64,000 nucleotides of DNA from Actinomycetes bacterium. Lineage in GTDB: Bacteria; Actinomycetota; Acidimicrobiia; Acidimicrobiales; RAAP-2. The notes beneath the pieces were generated by a model. The model did no database searches, was not told where the DNA came from, and saw only the letters and a list, made by a program, of their open reading frames with translations. Of this stretch, positions 18,557 through 28,938 are shown piece by piece. Where the stretch lies: contig JAJZEN010000081.1 in assembly GCA_021828545.1 (NCBI GenBank), positions 1,849 to 65,848 of the forward strand, in the 5' to 3' direction. A program made the position numbers and the translations under genes. Position 1 is the first letter of the stretch. Each line of letters opens with the position of its first letter.

Positions 18557-19137
18557 CGCGGCCCCATCACCGTGACGCTGGCGCGCAGCTTGGCCAGGCC
18601 CAAGCGAATCCGACTCTTGGCGGTACCGACCGGAATAGATTCGGCGAGGGCGATCTCGGCCGCGGTGCGACCGTAAATGGTGGCGAGCACCACCGCGCGT
18701 CGCTGATCCTCGGGTAGCAGTGCTAGGGCGCGAACTACGGGTGAGTACGCGTCCGACGCCGCCACGGCGTCGGAGGGATCCATGGTGTCGCTGATCAGAT
18801 TCGTGAAGATCCAACTGTCGGGGTCCGTGGGCGTGGCGCGACGCGCGCGCAGGCTGTCAATGGCGAGGTTGCGCGTGATGGTGAGCGCCCAACTCAGCAC
18901 CGAACCTCGTCGAGGGTCAAAGACGGCGGCGTGACGAAGAATTCTCATGAACGCCTCCTGGGCGACATCCTCGGCGAGCCCTCGCTCACCGAGGATCGTC
19001 TGGGCCAGACCGAAGAGACGTCGCTGGTAGCGGCGAACGAAGACCAGAGCGGACTGTTCGTCGCCCGCGGCAATACCCGACAGGAGGGCCTCATCGGAAA
19101 CCGAGGTACCGTCATCACCGCGCGCCCTGAGCATCAC
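18553..19137 (-). CDS. ECF sigma-70 factor, SigK-like
   Basis: Region 2: RRYQRRLFGLA...AEDVAQEAFMRI. Region 4: GTAKSRIRLGLAKLR. Confidence 0.92.
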   Translation of the reverse strand: MMLRARGDDGTSVSDEALLSGIAAGDEQSALVFVRRYQRRLFGLAQTILGERGLAEDVAQEAFMRILRHAAVFDPRRGSVLSWALTITRNLAIDSLRARRATPTDPDSWIFTNLISDTMDPSDAVAASDAYSPVVRALALLPEDQRRAVVLATIYGRTAAEIALAESIPVGTAKSRIRLGLAKLRASVTVMGPR

Positions 19138-19144
19138 CAGATAG

Positions 19145-19170
19145 TACGGTGTCGCGTGCTCGAGGGATCA
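19145..19170 (-). promoter_or_regulatory. Putative autoregulatory ECF promoter of the sigma/anti-sigma operon
   Basis: Minus strand TGATCCCTCG-N12-CGTA ending 7 nt before GTG 19137 (leaderless). Confidence 0.7.
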
Positions 19171-19321
19171 ACGCCCGAGGAGTGGGGAACTCCTCACGTA
19201 TATTTCGTCCCCGGCGGAGTCGCGCTCAATCAGGCGCTCGACGCCCAAAGCGGGTTCCCCGCGCTCGAGCGGGCGCGACGACTCGCGCTGGTGGATGTCC
19301 ACGAATCTTGAGTTGCGCGAG

Positions 19322-19406
19322 CGGAGGGAGTGGGATTTGAACCCACGGTGGGCGAGCCCACGCCGGTTTTCAAGACCGGTACATTCGGCCGCTCTGTCAT
19401 CCCTCC
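19322..19406 (-). tRNA. tRNA-Ser (anticodon TGA)
   Basis: Acceptor GGAGGGA/TCCCTCC; anticodon arm CCGGT-CTTGAAA-ACCGG; long variable arm; GGTTCAAATCC T-loop; G73. CCA not encoded. Confidence 0.95.
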
Positions 19407-19432
19407 GTCCACAATTCTAGTGGACGTGACCC

Positions 19433-21253
<1,821 letters not shown>

Positions 21254-21303
21254 GACCTATCTACGCTAGTAGGCCCGGCACCCCGTCTCGGTAGGGCCCT
21301 GTC

Positions 21304-22107
21304 TCACGCGGCGAGGACGAGGGCGTGTCGGCGTTGGGCCACCGCGGTACGCAACAAGTCTCGCGCTCCGGCGCGCACGTTCTCCATGGTCCCGTCGACG
21401 CCCAGGACGAGTCCCGCGTCGGGCCACACACCGAGGTAACGGCGTGGCGCACGGCCGTGGGGGTCGGCCAGCGTCTCGACGACCAGGTCGCTTCGTAGCC
21501 CTGGACCAGTACTTTTACCGGGCTGACCGGATCGAACGCGCACGATAATCCGTCCAAAGTCGGTCGAGACGACGATGTCGCGTCGCCCGCGAAGTGTCGT
21601 ACGAGCACCCGCGAGGTCGACGTAGACGTCCGACGCCGCCACGGTCCACTCGAGGTCGTCGCCCGGCAAACATTCGAGCAATTGCGTCGCCCAATTCACC
21701 GCTTCGGCGGTGATCAGTCCCAAAATGGGGTGGTTCACGCTCGCTAGCCAGTGGCCCAGTGAGCCGGGTCGCGCGTAGCCCCGGGTCGCTCGCAGCAGTT
21801 GGTCCGCCAATTCGTCGCGTACGGCGCGCAAGATATCCTCGGGATCGCCCTGCACCCGGCGCAACGCATTGTTTCCCAGAATCCGGCGCGCGGTGGCGGG
21901 GGACCAGGCGAAGGGCGTCGAGGGTCGACCCGCGTGTTCCACCATCCACGCGTCTAGACGGCGGCGCTCGGTCGCGGGGACGGCGCGAAATCGATCGGCC
22001 AAGGACGTTCGATGCTCCTCTTCGATCCACGCGGCGTCGCGCGGCGCCCCTTCGATCACCTCGGCGAGGTTTCGGACATTCAGGCGACGCTGGATCAGGG
22101 AACTCAC
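21304..22107 (-). CDS. Hypothetical protein, degenerate PD-(D/E)XK (RecB-like) fold
   Basis: LRGRRDIVV...RIIVRVRSG aligns by eye with the GRxD...(D/E)xKxG motifs; the motif III residues are substituted. Confidence 0.55.
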   Translation of the reverse strand: MSSLIQRRLNVRNLAEVIEGAPRDAAWIEEEHRTSLADRFRAVPATERRRLDAWMVEHAGRPSTPFAWSPATARRILGNNALRRVQGDPEDILRAVRDELADQLLRATRGYARPGSLGHWLASVNHPILGLITAEAVNWATQLLECLPGDDLEWTVAASDVYVDLAGARTTLRGRRDIVVSTDFGRIIVRVRSGQPGKSTGPGLRSDLVVETLADPHGRAPRRYLGVWPDAGLVLGVDGTMENVRAGARDLLRTAVAQRRHALVLAA

Positions 22108-22901
22108 GGCGTCACCGTCGCACGGGCAACGACGTCCACCACATCCCCTACGGCGCGTACCAGCAGGGCGTGGTCCACGTCCAGGGCCCAGAACTCGCCC
22201 GTGGCGCTCGAGAACGCCACGGTGCGTAGGGGCACTACGCCGGACCTCAGAGTCTGAACCAGCGCGTGGTAGCGCATCGCTCGTTCGGCGCCCGCCCCTA
22301 GGGGTGACGTCGTGATGTCCACGAGGGCGACATTGGCTACCGTGGCGCGATTGGATCCCACCATGAGGTCGATGACGTCGCGCAGTTCAGCGTTCCCGCC
22401 CGCGAGGAGCTGACGCACCCGCAACGACGTTCGCGGTAGCCAGCTACTCGGGATGGTTCCGAGCCCGCTGAGAAGGACGCGGTAGTGCGCCTCCACGTCC
22501 GCGCGCAGGCGTGCGGACTGGTCGGGGTCAAGATGCAACACGGCGTCGAGCAATGGATCACGCGGGCGATCGCCGCGCCACGCGGTCACCGCGTCGTCGA
22601 AGGGGTCCTCGACGTGCACCTGCGCGACCAGGAGTCGAAAGATCGTGGAGACGATCATGCCGCGCGCGTGGCTCAAGGTGCCGTCACCGAGATCACGCCC
22701 GGATCCGGTGCCGCGCAGATTGGCGCTCGAGATAATCAAGGGCGTCACCCGGAGTTGGGGACCGAGCAGTTCAAAGAAGTGGTCCTCGAGGAGCGCGCGT
22801 AGGCCCGCCGCACTCGCGTCGTCACGAGGGGGGCGCCGCGAGCGATCGCCACGGACGACGTCGGCGAGAAGTGCGACTGTGGTCGGGATCAGCATGGTCA
22901 C
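22104..22901 (-). CDS. Hypothetical protein, degenerate PD-(D/E)XK (RecB-like) fold
   Basis: LRDVIDLMVG...VALVDITTS...MRYHALVQTLRSG..P; the catalytic Lys position is Thr. Confidence 0.6.
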   Translation of the reverse strand: MTMLIPTTVALLADVVRGDRSRRPPRDDASAAGLRALLEDHFFELLGPQLRVTPLIISSANLRGTGSGRDLGDGTLSHARGMIVSTIFRLLVAQVHVEDPFDDAVTAWRGDRPRDPLLDAVLHLDPDQSARLRADVEAHYRVLLSGLGTIPSSWLPRTSLRVRQLLAGGNAELRDVIDLMVGSNRATVANVALVDITTSPLGAGAERAMRYHALVQTLRSGVVPLRTVAFSSATGEFWALDVDHALLVRAVGDVVDVVARATVTP

Positions 22902-22945
22902 GGATCAACTTTGACGGCGTGCTGTGACATCGCTAGCCTGACGTC

Positions 22946-23068
22946 GTGTTCGCCACCACTTTCACCCCCGCCTTCGACATCGTCTTTGGCATCTTCGTCG
23001 TGGCCATCGTCGTCTTGTCGGTCCTGACGATTCGATTCGTGGTTCGACGGGACCGCCGCCGCCGTTAG
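22946..23068 (+). CDS. 40-aa single-pass membrane microprotein (absent from the ORF track)
   Basis: MFATTFTPAFDIVFGIFVVAIVVLSVLTIRFVVRRDRRRR*; GC-rich third codon positions; TAGCCT box 6 nt before the GTG. Confidence 0.7.
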   Translation: MFATTFTPAFDIVFGIFVVAIVVLSVLTIRFVVRRDRRRR

Positions 23069-23325
23069 TGGTCGAGCCCGCCGTCGCCGTCGAGGCGCTT
23101 TTGGACTTCTTTCAATTCCCGATCGAGGTCGGCGATCGCTCGTTCGAGGACCGACAGTCGCGAGGAGAGCGACTCATCGACCCGATCATCGACGCGCCGA
23201 TCCACTTGCTCGCGAAGTCGAGAATCAATTGAATCCACCAGCGGCTGAGCGAGATGCTTTAGTCGAGTAAGGAGGTCCTGATTCGACTCACTCGTCGCGT
23301 CCGAAGAAGTTGAGGCGTCGCTCAC
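23065..23325 (-). CDS. 86-aa coiled-coil hypothetical protein
   Basis: Heptad-like LSVLERAIADLDRELKEVQKRL; TAGGCT box 6 nt before the GTG. Confidence 0.7.
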   Translation of the reverse strand: MSDASTSSDATSESNQDLLTRLKHLAQPLVDSIDSRLREQVDRRVDDRVDESLSSRLSVLERAIADLDRELKEVQKRLDGDGGLDH

Positions 23326-23364
23326 TACCCCAGCCTAGGACTGGCGACGGCGGTCCCGTCGACA

Positions 23365-25425
23365 TTACGGCGCACAGTAGACCCCGGCGTTGAATTGCAG
23401 GGTGTTGTACTGGCCCGACCACGGCGGACTCACCAGGGTGTTCTCTTGGGCGCGTAACGCCGACGTGGGTGAGCACGTCGCGTTGAAGGCGATGTAACCC
23501 AAGATGTTGTGCCCGTTGGACCCGGGGACTCGCACTGGCCCCCCGGCCCCGAAGGCGATCGCTTCGAAGACGGGCAGGGGGGAGTTGGTGAGTCCGTAGT
23601 TGGCGTACTGTGACTGTTCGGCGTAGATTCCCGGACGCAACGCGGGGTCGACGTCACGAAGACCAGTGGACCAACCGCTGATCAGGGCCGACCAGTACGT
23701 GGCGTACTTTCGCAGCGTCGCCTTCGAGGAGCCGCCCGGCGCGTCCAGGGCCGAGTGGTTGTCGGGGTACCCCTCAGGGTCGAGAATGACCCAGTTGGGT
23801 TTGATGCCAACGCCGTGAAGGTGGTATTGGTCGATTTGTTGCGCGACCCATTGACCGGCTAGGAATCCGTGACTGTAATACGAGGACACGGTCTGGTCCG
23901 CCGAGGTCAAGGGTCCACTCACCGTCCAGAACGAGAGCCACGTCTCGCGTCTCTTCGCCGCCAAGATGCTCTTGCCCATGAGGAAGTCGGGCGATTTGGT
24001 GAGCGGCGTGGGCGGCGTGAAGCCCACCCAGGGTGCGCTCAGCGTGCCGAGACCACCGGTCTCCGAGATGATGGGCCAACCGTCGGTCACCGCTCGACTC
24101 CAGTCGTTAGGAGGAATCGCGTAGACCCCGACGCCGTGGGGCGAGACATTGCCGTTACCGGTGGCGAAGAGTTCCAGTGACGACCCGCCCTGCACGCCGC
24201 TCACGTTGGCCGTGGACGCCAGCGTGGTACCGGCGTCCTGGGAGACGTCGGTACTCGTCCACACGCTCGAAGGGGCAACGAGTGAGTAGTCGTAGAGATC
24301 GCCGAAATTCTGTGCGCGTCCCGCTACGTTGACCGACGACGCACTCGCTCCGAGAAACAAGGAACCCTCCCACAGGGGCGAGCCCGCAATGAGGGAGGTC
24401 AGATCGATGTACTTCCAGGTGGGGGCCACAGTGCTCACGCGAGGCACCAGACGCGCGGACACCCCCGTGAGCAGTGGTGACGCATGGGTCACGCTCGTGG
24501 TGCTCGCCGAAAAGAGTTGCACGTGGCCCAGGGAGTCCAGGGTCGCCAAGTAAATATTGGTTCCCGACGTGGCAATGTTCAGTGATCCCGTACTCGCGGG
24601 CGCCGAAGCCAACGCGGTTAGGTCGCTGACGGTCCACGCGCTCGCACCGGCGACGGGTTGGGTGAAGAATTCCACGTGGCCCGCGTCCGTGGTGGCCGCG
24701 AAAGCGTTGGTGATGCCGGTCATGGCGACGGGGTCATTGAGGAGGGTGGGTGAATTCGTCGCGCGCGACACGTTCAGAGCGACCCCCACTTGGGGTGGCT
24801 GGGATAATTGATTCCACCGCAGCGGGATTGCCGTGGCGTTACCCTTGTTTGATCGATCGAAAATGACGCCTGACGTGCCCGACACACTTACGCTCGGCAG
24901 ACCTGGAGTCATCGGGACGTGACTCTGCACCGTGATGTCGGTCACCACGTAGGGCGGGCTCGCTACGGTGACGTCGTTCGCGTGCCGTGGACTTCGTCCC
25001 AGGACGTTGGAGATCAAGATGAGTCGATCCTTGGCGCTGACGTAGACGACGTCGACGTTCCCCCACGGATCGAAAAAGACGTTAGGGTCGGCGGCCGGTG
25101 CGGGGGCGCCGGTGAGGGACGTGACATCGTGAAACGACGAAGTGCCACTCGCGTTCTTCACGTAGAGACCCAAGTCCCCGTCGTCGAGGCGCGCGGCCAA
25201 GGCGACTTCACCGTCGCCCGATACGCCGTGCGCGGTGCCCAGAATTGAATGACCATTCAACTCCTGCGCGAATGGTTGGGTATTCCACGTCGAGGGGGCA
25301 CTACTGGAGTACTCGTAGAGGGGAAGAGCGCCACTCGAGGGAGCCGAGGTCGGCAATCCCACCGCGGGGAGGGTCGCACCGATGATGACGACATTGGCCA
25401 TCAGCGTTGTTCGTCGAAACCTCAC
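23365..25425 (-). CDS. Secreted protein: repeat/propeller-like N-domain plus GH25/DUF1906-like C-domain
   Basis: Signal peptide; repeated W/F-x-x-x-D-[LV]-T units; C-terminal WVILDPEG and RPGIYA motifs. ORF is secure, function is inferred. Confidence 0.6.
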   Translation of the reverse strand: MRFRRTTLMANVVIIGATLPAVGLPTSAPSSGALPLYEYSSSAPSTWNTQPFAQELNGHSILGTAHGVSGDGEVALAARLDDGDLGLYVKNASGTSSFHDVTSLTGAPAPAADPNVFFDPWGNVDVVYVSAKDRLILISNVLGRSPRHANDVTVASPPYVVTDITVQSHVPMTPGLPSVSVSGTSGVIFDRSNKGNATAIPLRWNQLSQPPQVGVALNVSRATNSPTLLNDPVAMTGITNAFAATTDAGHVEFFTQPVAGASAWTVSDLTALASAPASTGSLNIATSGTNIYLATLDSLGHVQLFSASTTSVTHASPLLTGVSARLVPRVSTVAPTWKYIDLTSLIAGSPLWEGSLFLGASASSVNVAGRAQNFGDLYDYSLVAPSSVWTSTDVSQDAGTTLASTANVSGVQGGSSLELFATGNGNVSPHGVGVYAIPPNDWSRAVTDGWPIISETGGLGTLSAPWVGFTPPTPLTKSPDFLMGKSILAAKRRETWLSFWTVSGPLTSADQTVSSYYSHGFLAGQWVAQQIDQYHLHGVGIKPNWVILDPEGYPDNHSALDAPGGSSKATLRKYATYWSALISGWSTGLRDVDPALRPGIYAEQSQYANYGLTNSPLPVFEAIAFGAGGPVRVPGSNGHNILGYIAFNATCSPTSALRAQENTLVSPPWSGQYNTLQFNAGVYCAP

Positions 25426-25506
25426 TCGGATCCTTTGCTTAGGGGGAGACGTCCAGCGCCCGGAACGCGCGTACCCAGCCTACCGGCCGTGATTTTGTGA
25501 ATTTGA

Positions 25507-27852
25507 TTAGGGGAGCGTGGTGAAGCGAATCGCGGACGACACTGGGCTGTAGCCGATGCCGTTTTTCGCGCGGAGTCGAATTACGTACACCGTGGACTTC
25601 GTGAGGTTCGTGAGGAGCAAACTCGTGGCATTACCGGGATATGAGTGCCACGTGCGCTCACCATCGGAGCTGACCTGCAGGGCCTCGACAAAGGGGGCGG
25701 TTGAGCGATGCGGCGCCACCGTAATCACCGCACCGGTGGCGCGCGTCACCACGCGGGTCACCGAGGGGGTGAGTGGCGTCTGTTCGCTGAGCGGCTGGGG
25801 GTGAAAGTTGATCTTCGACGTGTAGAGGAGCGCCCCATTGAGTTTGATCGTCAGTGAGACCGGACCGGGTTCCGACGTCGTCAGGGTGAACGCGGCGGCG
25901 CCCGTCGCGTCACTCGTCACGTTGTAGGTGGCGTGTCCATTACCGTGCGTGCTCGAGGGATCCGCGTCGAGCACAATGTGCCCAGCGGATGATTTGGCAA
26001 TCACGGTGACCGACGAATCCAGAACGGGACTCCCGTTGGCGTCGCGCAGGGAGACCACCAAGTGTGAGGGGGCGTTGATGATCGACGTCTTGGTGAACGA
26101 AATGAGGGCGCTCTTGGCGACACTGACCGGACTCGGGCATAGGTCGTTGACGAACGTGGCGCTCGGGCTGCCCAGTCCCGAGGCCATGTCGTACCCGGGA
26201 CCGGCGGCGTAGACCCCGGTTCCCTTTAGGTCATTGTTGCCAGTGGTGACGTCAACAAACGCCGTCGACGACCGGGCCAGGCTGTAGAGCGTGGGATTGA
26301 TGAATCCCAGACGCGCGACGCCACAGACTTGGGCACCCACGGCTACGAGGGCCCCCACTAGGGGAGCCCCGATGGATGTTCCTCCGACCGACGTCCAGTT
26401 CGTCACGGCGGGGTCGGCCTTGGCGGTGAAGTTCTGCATGAATCCCGTCCCGGGGTCCGCCATTACCGAGAGGTCCGGGACCATGCGCATGGTGTCGGCC
26501 GCACTAATGCCCGGGCCACTCTGCCAGAGAGGGCGTGACCAGATTTGTGACATGCCGCCGCCGCTCGCGCCGCCGTTGGCGTTCCACACCGTCTCCACCA
26601 CCGGGTTGGCGATGGACGTGACCGAGAGTCCGCCAACACCGGTGACGAAGGGCTGTGACGCGGGATCGTCCACGGCGGGCGCATTACTCGTGATGCCAGT
26701 GCAGTCGGAGGATCCCTGGTCACCCGAGGCCGCGATGACCGTTTGGCCCTGTGCCGCCATTTGTTCGAACAACACGTGTTCGGCGGCCACGGCGCCGGTG
26801 GGGTCGATCTCGCAGTCACCCCAGGACGTGGTGACGATGGACGCGGTGTTGTCGTTAGCGATTCTCGCGTAGAGGTCGACCGCAGCGGTAGGGGTATTGG
26901 GGGCCTGATATACCTCGAGCGTCGCGCCCGGCGCCAGCGCGCCGGCTTCTTCGACGTCGAGCGTGGCCTCGTCGCTGAAGCCCCCGGTCGTTCCACCGTC
27001 GACGTTGACGTTACTAATCGACGGCGCTAGGCCGTAGCACGAGAAGTAGTTGGTGGCGTCGGTCGGGTCGTATTGGCCGAGTTCGTAGATCGCGATGGTT
27101 TGACCGACGCCGGTCTTGCCCGCGGCCCAGGCACTCGAAAGTCCGTAGAGTTGCGCCTGTTGCTGAACGGAGTAACCCCCGAGCGTGTTGGGGATGTTGG
27201 TGCCACTGGACTGCGCCCCTGGGCACGTGGCCGCGGTGGCCACCGTCACGTGCGGGCGTCGCCCGGCGTGCGAGATGAGTTGAGGAGTCAGTGACCGCAC
27301 GCTCGAGAGTCCGACGATCGAGGTCACGTCTCGCGCGATGCTCGCGGGCAAGGTGGCCGCGCTCGCGAATTGTGCGCGTAGGCCTCCCGTGGCGAGACGT
27401 ACGGTCTCCACGGGGGTCGCGAATGCGTGAGCGATGTTTGACGTGCGACCCGTCATTTCTAAAATCGTGTGTCCCCTCGTGAGCGAGCGCTCGTGCAGAC
27501 CGAAACGCGCCAGGTACGAACGTACCGCGTTGATGCTGGCGTCGCTGGCGCCAAATCGTGCAGCGAACTCCGCGGGCGTGAGGAAGTGTCGATAGTTCGC
27601 TGACGCGGAGTTAGTCAGTCCACTGAGGTAGCGACGTAGGCCTGTGGGGTTCGAGAGCGCGAGCGTCACGTCAAAGTTCGACTCGATGGGCGTCGATCCG
27701 ATCGTCGCGTTCACGGGCACCGCGCTGGACCCAGCGACGACGACCCGTGCTTGGGCGGCTTGAGCCACGTTGGACAGGGGCAGGGTGAGTGCCGACGTGA
27801 CGATACTGGCGAGGAAGAGTGGCGCCAGAAACCGGCGCGAGGGGGACGTCAT
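25507..27852 (-). CDS. Secreted S53 (sedolisin/kumamolisin) protease with Ig-like and FN3 domains
   Basis: Pro-domain (HFLTPAEFAARFG); EATLDVE (Glu/Asp), SGDQG, GGTSIGAP (Ser) and GYDMASGLGSP; C-terminal YVIRLRAKNGIGYS. Confidence 0.92.
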   Translation of the reverse strand: MTSPSRRFLAPLFLASIVTSALTLPLSNVAQAAQARVVVAGSSAVPVNATIGSTPIESNFDVTLALSNPTGLRRYLSGLTNSASANYRHFLTPAEFAARFGASDASINAVRSYLARFGLHERSLTRGHTILEMTGRTSNIAHAFATPVETVRLATGGLRAQFASAATLPASIARDVTSIVGLSSVRSLTPQLISHAGRRPHVTVATAATCPGAQSSGTNIPNTLGGYSVQQQAQLYGLSSAWAAGKTGVGQTIAIYELGQYDPTDATNYFSCYGLAPSISNVNVDGGTTGGFSDEATLDVEEAGALAPGATLEVYQAPNTPTAAVDLYARIANDNTASIVTTSWGDCEIDPTGAVAAEHVLFEQMAAQGQTVIAASGDQGSSDCTGITSNAPAVDDPASQPFVTGVGGLSVTSIANPVVETVWNANGGASGGGMSQIWSRPLWQSGPGISAADTMRMVPDLSVMADPGTGFMQNFTAKADPAVTNWTSVGGTSIGAPLVGALVAVGAQVCGVARLGFINPTLYSLARSSTAFVDVTTGNNDLKGTGVYAAGPGYDMASGLGSPSATFVNDLCPSPVSVAKSALISFTKTSIINAPSHLVVSLRDANGSPVLDSSVTVIAKSSAGHIVLDADPSSTHGNGHATYNVTSDATGAAAFTLTTSEPGPVSLTIKLNGALLYTSKINFHPQPLSEQTPLTPSVTRVVTRATGAVITVAPHRSTAPFVEALQVSSDGERTWHSYPGNATSLLLTNLTKSTVYVIRLRAKNGIGYSPVSSAIRFTTLP

Positions 27853-27926
27853 TCCCCCAGCCTACGAAACGTGGCTCGACGGGGCATCATCGGGTTTCGT
27901 GGAGCTCGACAAAAGTTAGACAATTC

Positions 27927-28439
27927 TTAATCGCCCGCCGGACTGAGATGTCCAGCGGCCGCGTAGCGTTTCGACAGGTCGCCGCACTCCTCACAGATCG
28001 AGGTAGGGACCACGCCCGCGCGGATGAGCCACCCAAAGACGGTGCAACCCAGACACACGCCCAGGAAGCCCTCGAGGGACGCGGCCAACACGAGTGGAAC
28101 CAAGATCCAGCGCGCCGTTGCCCACCCCGCGCTGAGCCAGGTGATCGTCGCGGCGAGCGTCAACGTCGCGCCGATGGCCTGGGCGAAGCGCTTGGGTGGC
28201 CCCGGAACGTACTTTTGCCACGCCACGAGGCGCGGTCCGCTGACGCGTGTCGCGAATTGTCCCAAGGGAGAGAGGGTGGGTCCAGTCGCAACGCGCGCGA
28301 GGAACCCGTATGTCAGGGGAAGGAGTATCCAGGCCCAGCCTGTCGCAAGCGCGAGCACGCACATACCCACGACCCCTAGGGCCACGCTGCGTGCCGCAGC
28401 GTCGTTCACGGGATTGGGGAAAGAGAACAATTTTTTCAC
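27927..28439 (-). CDS. DUF4395 membrane protein
   Basis: FSFPNPVNDAAAR, GPPKRFAQAIG and LEGFLGVCLGC motifs; TACTAT box 7 nt before the GTG. Confidence 0.85.
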   Translation of the reverse strand: MKKLFSFPNPVNDAAARSVALGVVGMCVLALATGWAWILLPLTYGFLARVATGPTLSPLGQFATRVSGPRLVAWQKYVPGPPKRFAQAIGATLTLAATITWLSAGWATARWILVPLVLAASLEGFLGVCLGCTVFGWLIRAGVVPTSICEECGDLSKRYAAAGHLSPAGD

Positions 28440-28494
28440 TCAATAAATAGTAGCGAAATAGTCGACTTTTGTGTCGCGCGGTGAGTCACGCGAG

Positions 28495-28740
28495 TCAGAT
28501 GGTCATCACCTCGCCGATAGCCGAGATGTGCCCGCCTACCGCGCCAGGGGAAAGTCGTTGGATCAGCCACATTCCGGACCACCCCTCCCATTACGGGCGA
28601 TCTTGCTGATGGGTGAGAGGACGTTGAGTACTCCGGGAGCTCGGTAAATTCGAACGCGAGGGCGATGGCCATCACGGCCAGGACCATAATACCTAGGCCG
28701 GCCCCAAAATAAACCCGTAGACGGCGGCCAGGTAGATCCC
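28495..28740 (-). pseudogene. Frameshifted remnant of a TauE/SafE (sulfite exporter family) gene
   Basis: Pieces in different frames (GIYLAAVYG / YFGAGLGIMVLAVMAIAL / VLNVLS / GAVGGHIS) match the TauE-type pattern VYGGYFGAGxGI..LAVL..KNVLS..VGG. No intact ORF. Confidence 0.65.
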
Positions 28741-28895
28741 TACGTGCAGAAATTAGCGACGACCGCGTTCGTGAATGGTCGAGGCGGGCTGACCGTGGGG
28801 TGATGACGGGGGAGAGCGAACGAGAGCGTGGCCGCAGTGATCAGTCAGGGCCCCGGCGTGCGAAAGGTGGCGGTGCAGAAGAGGAACAAATACGA

Positions 28896-28938
28896 CGCAC
28901 CCCGCCCTCGTGCCAATCAGGCACGAGGGCGGGGTGCG
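28896..28938 (-). terminator. Strong intrinsic terminator-like hairpin
   Basis: Perfect 19-bp stem with a 5-nt loop, followed on the minus strand by TCGTATTTGTTCCTCTT. Confidence 0.75.

Noticed and set aside
15133-19406. Possible genomic island integrated at the 3' end of tRNA-Ser(TGA)
   Set aside because: No integrase, no duplicated tRNA 3' end seen, and no obvious compositional shift.
28441-28750. SAM, fluoride or c-di-GMP riboswitch upstream of DUF4395
   Set aside because: No consensus match; the region is better explained as a TauE pseudogene.
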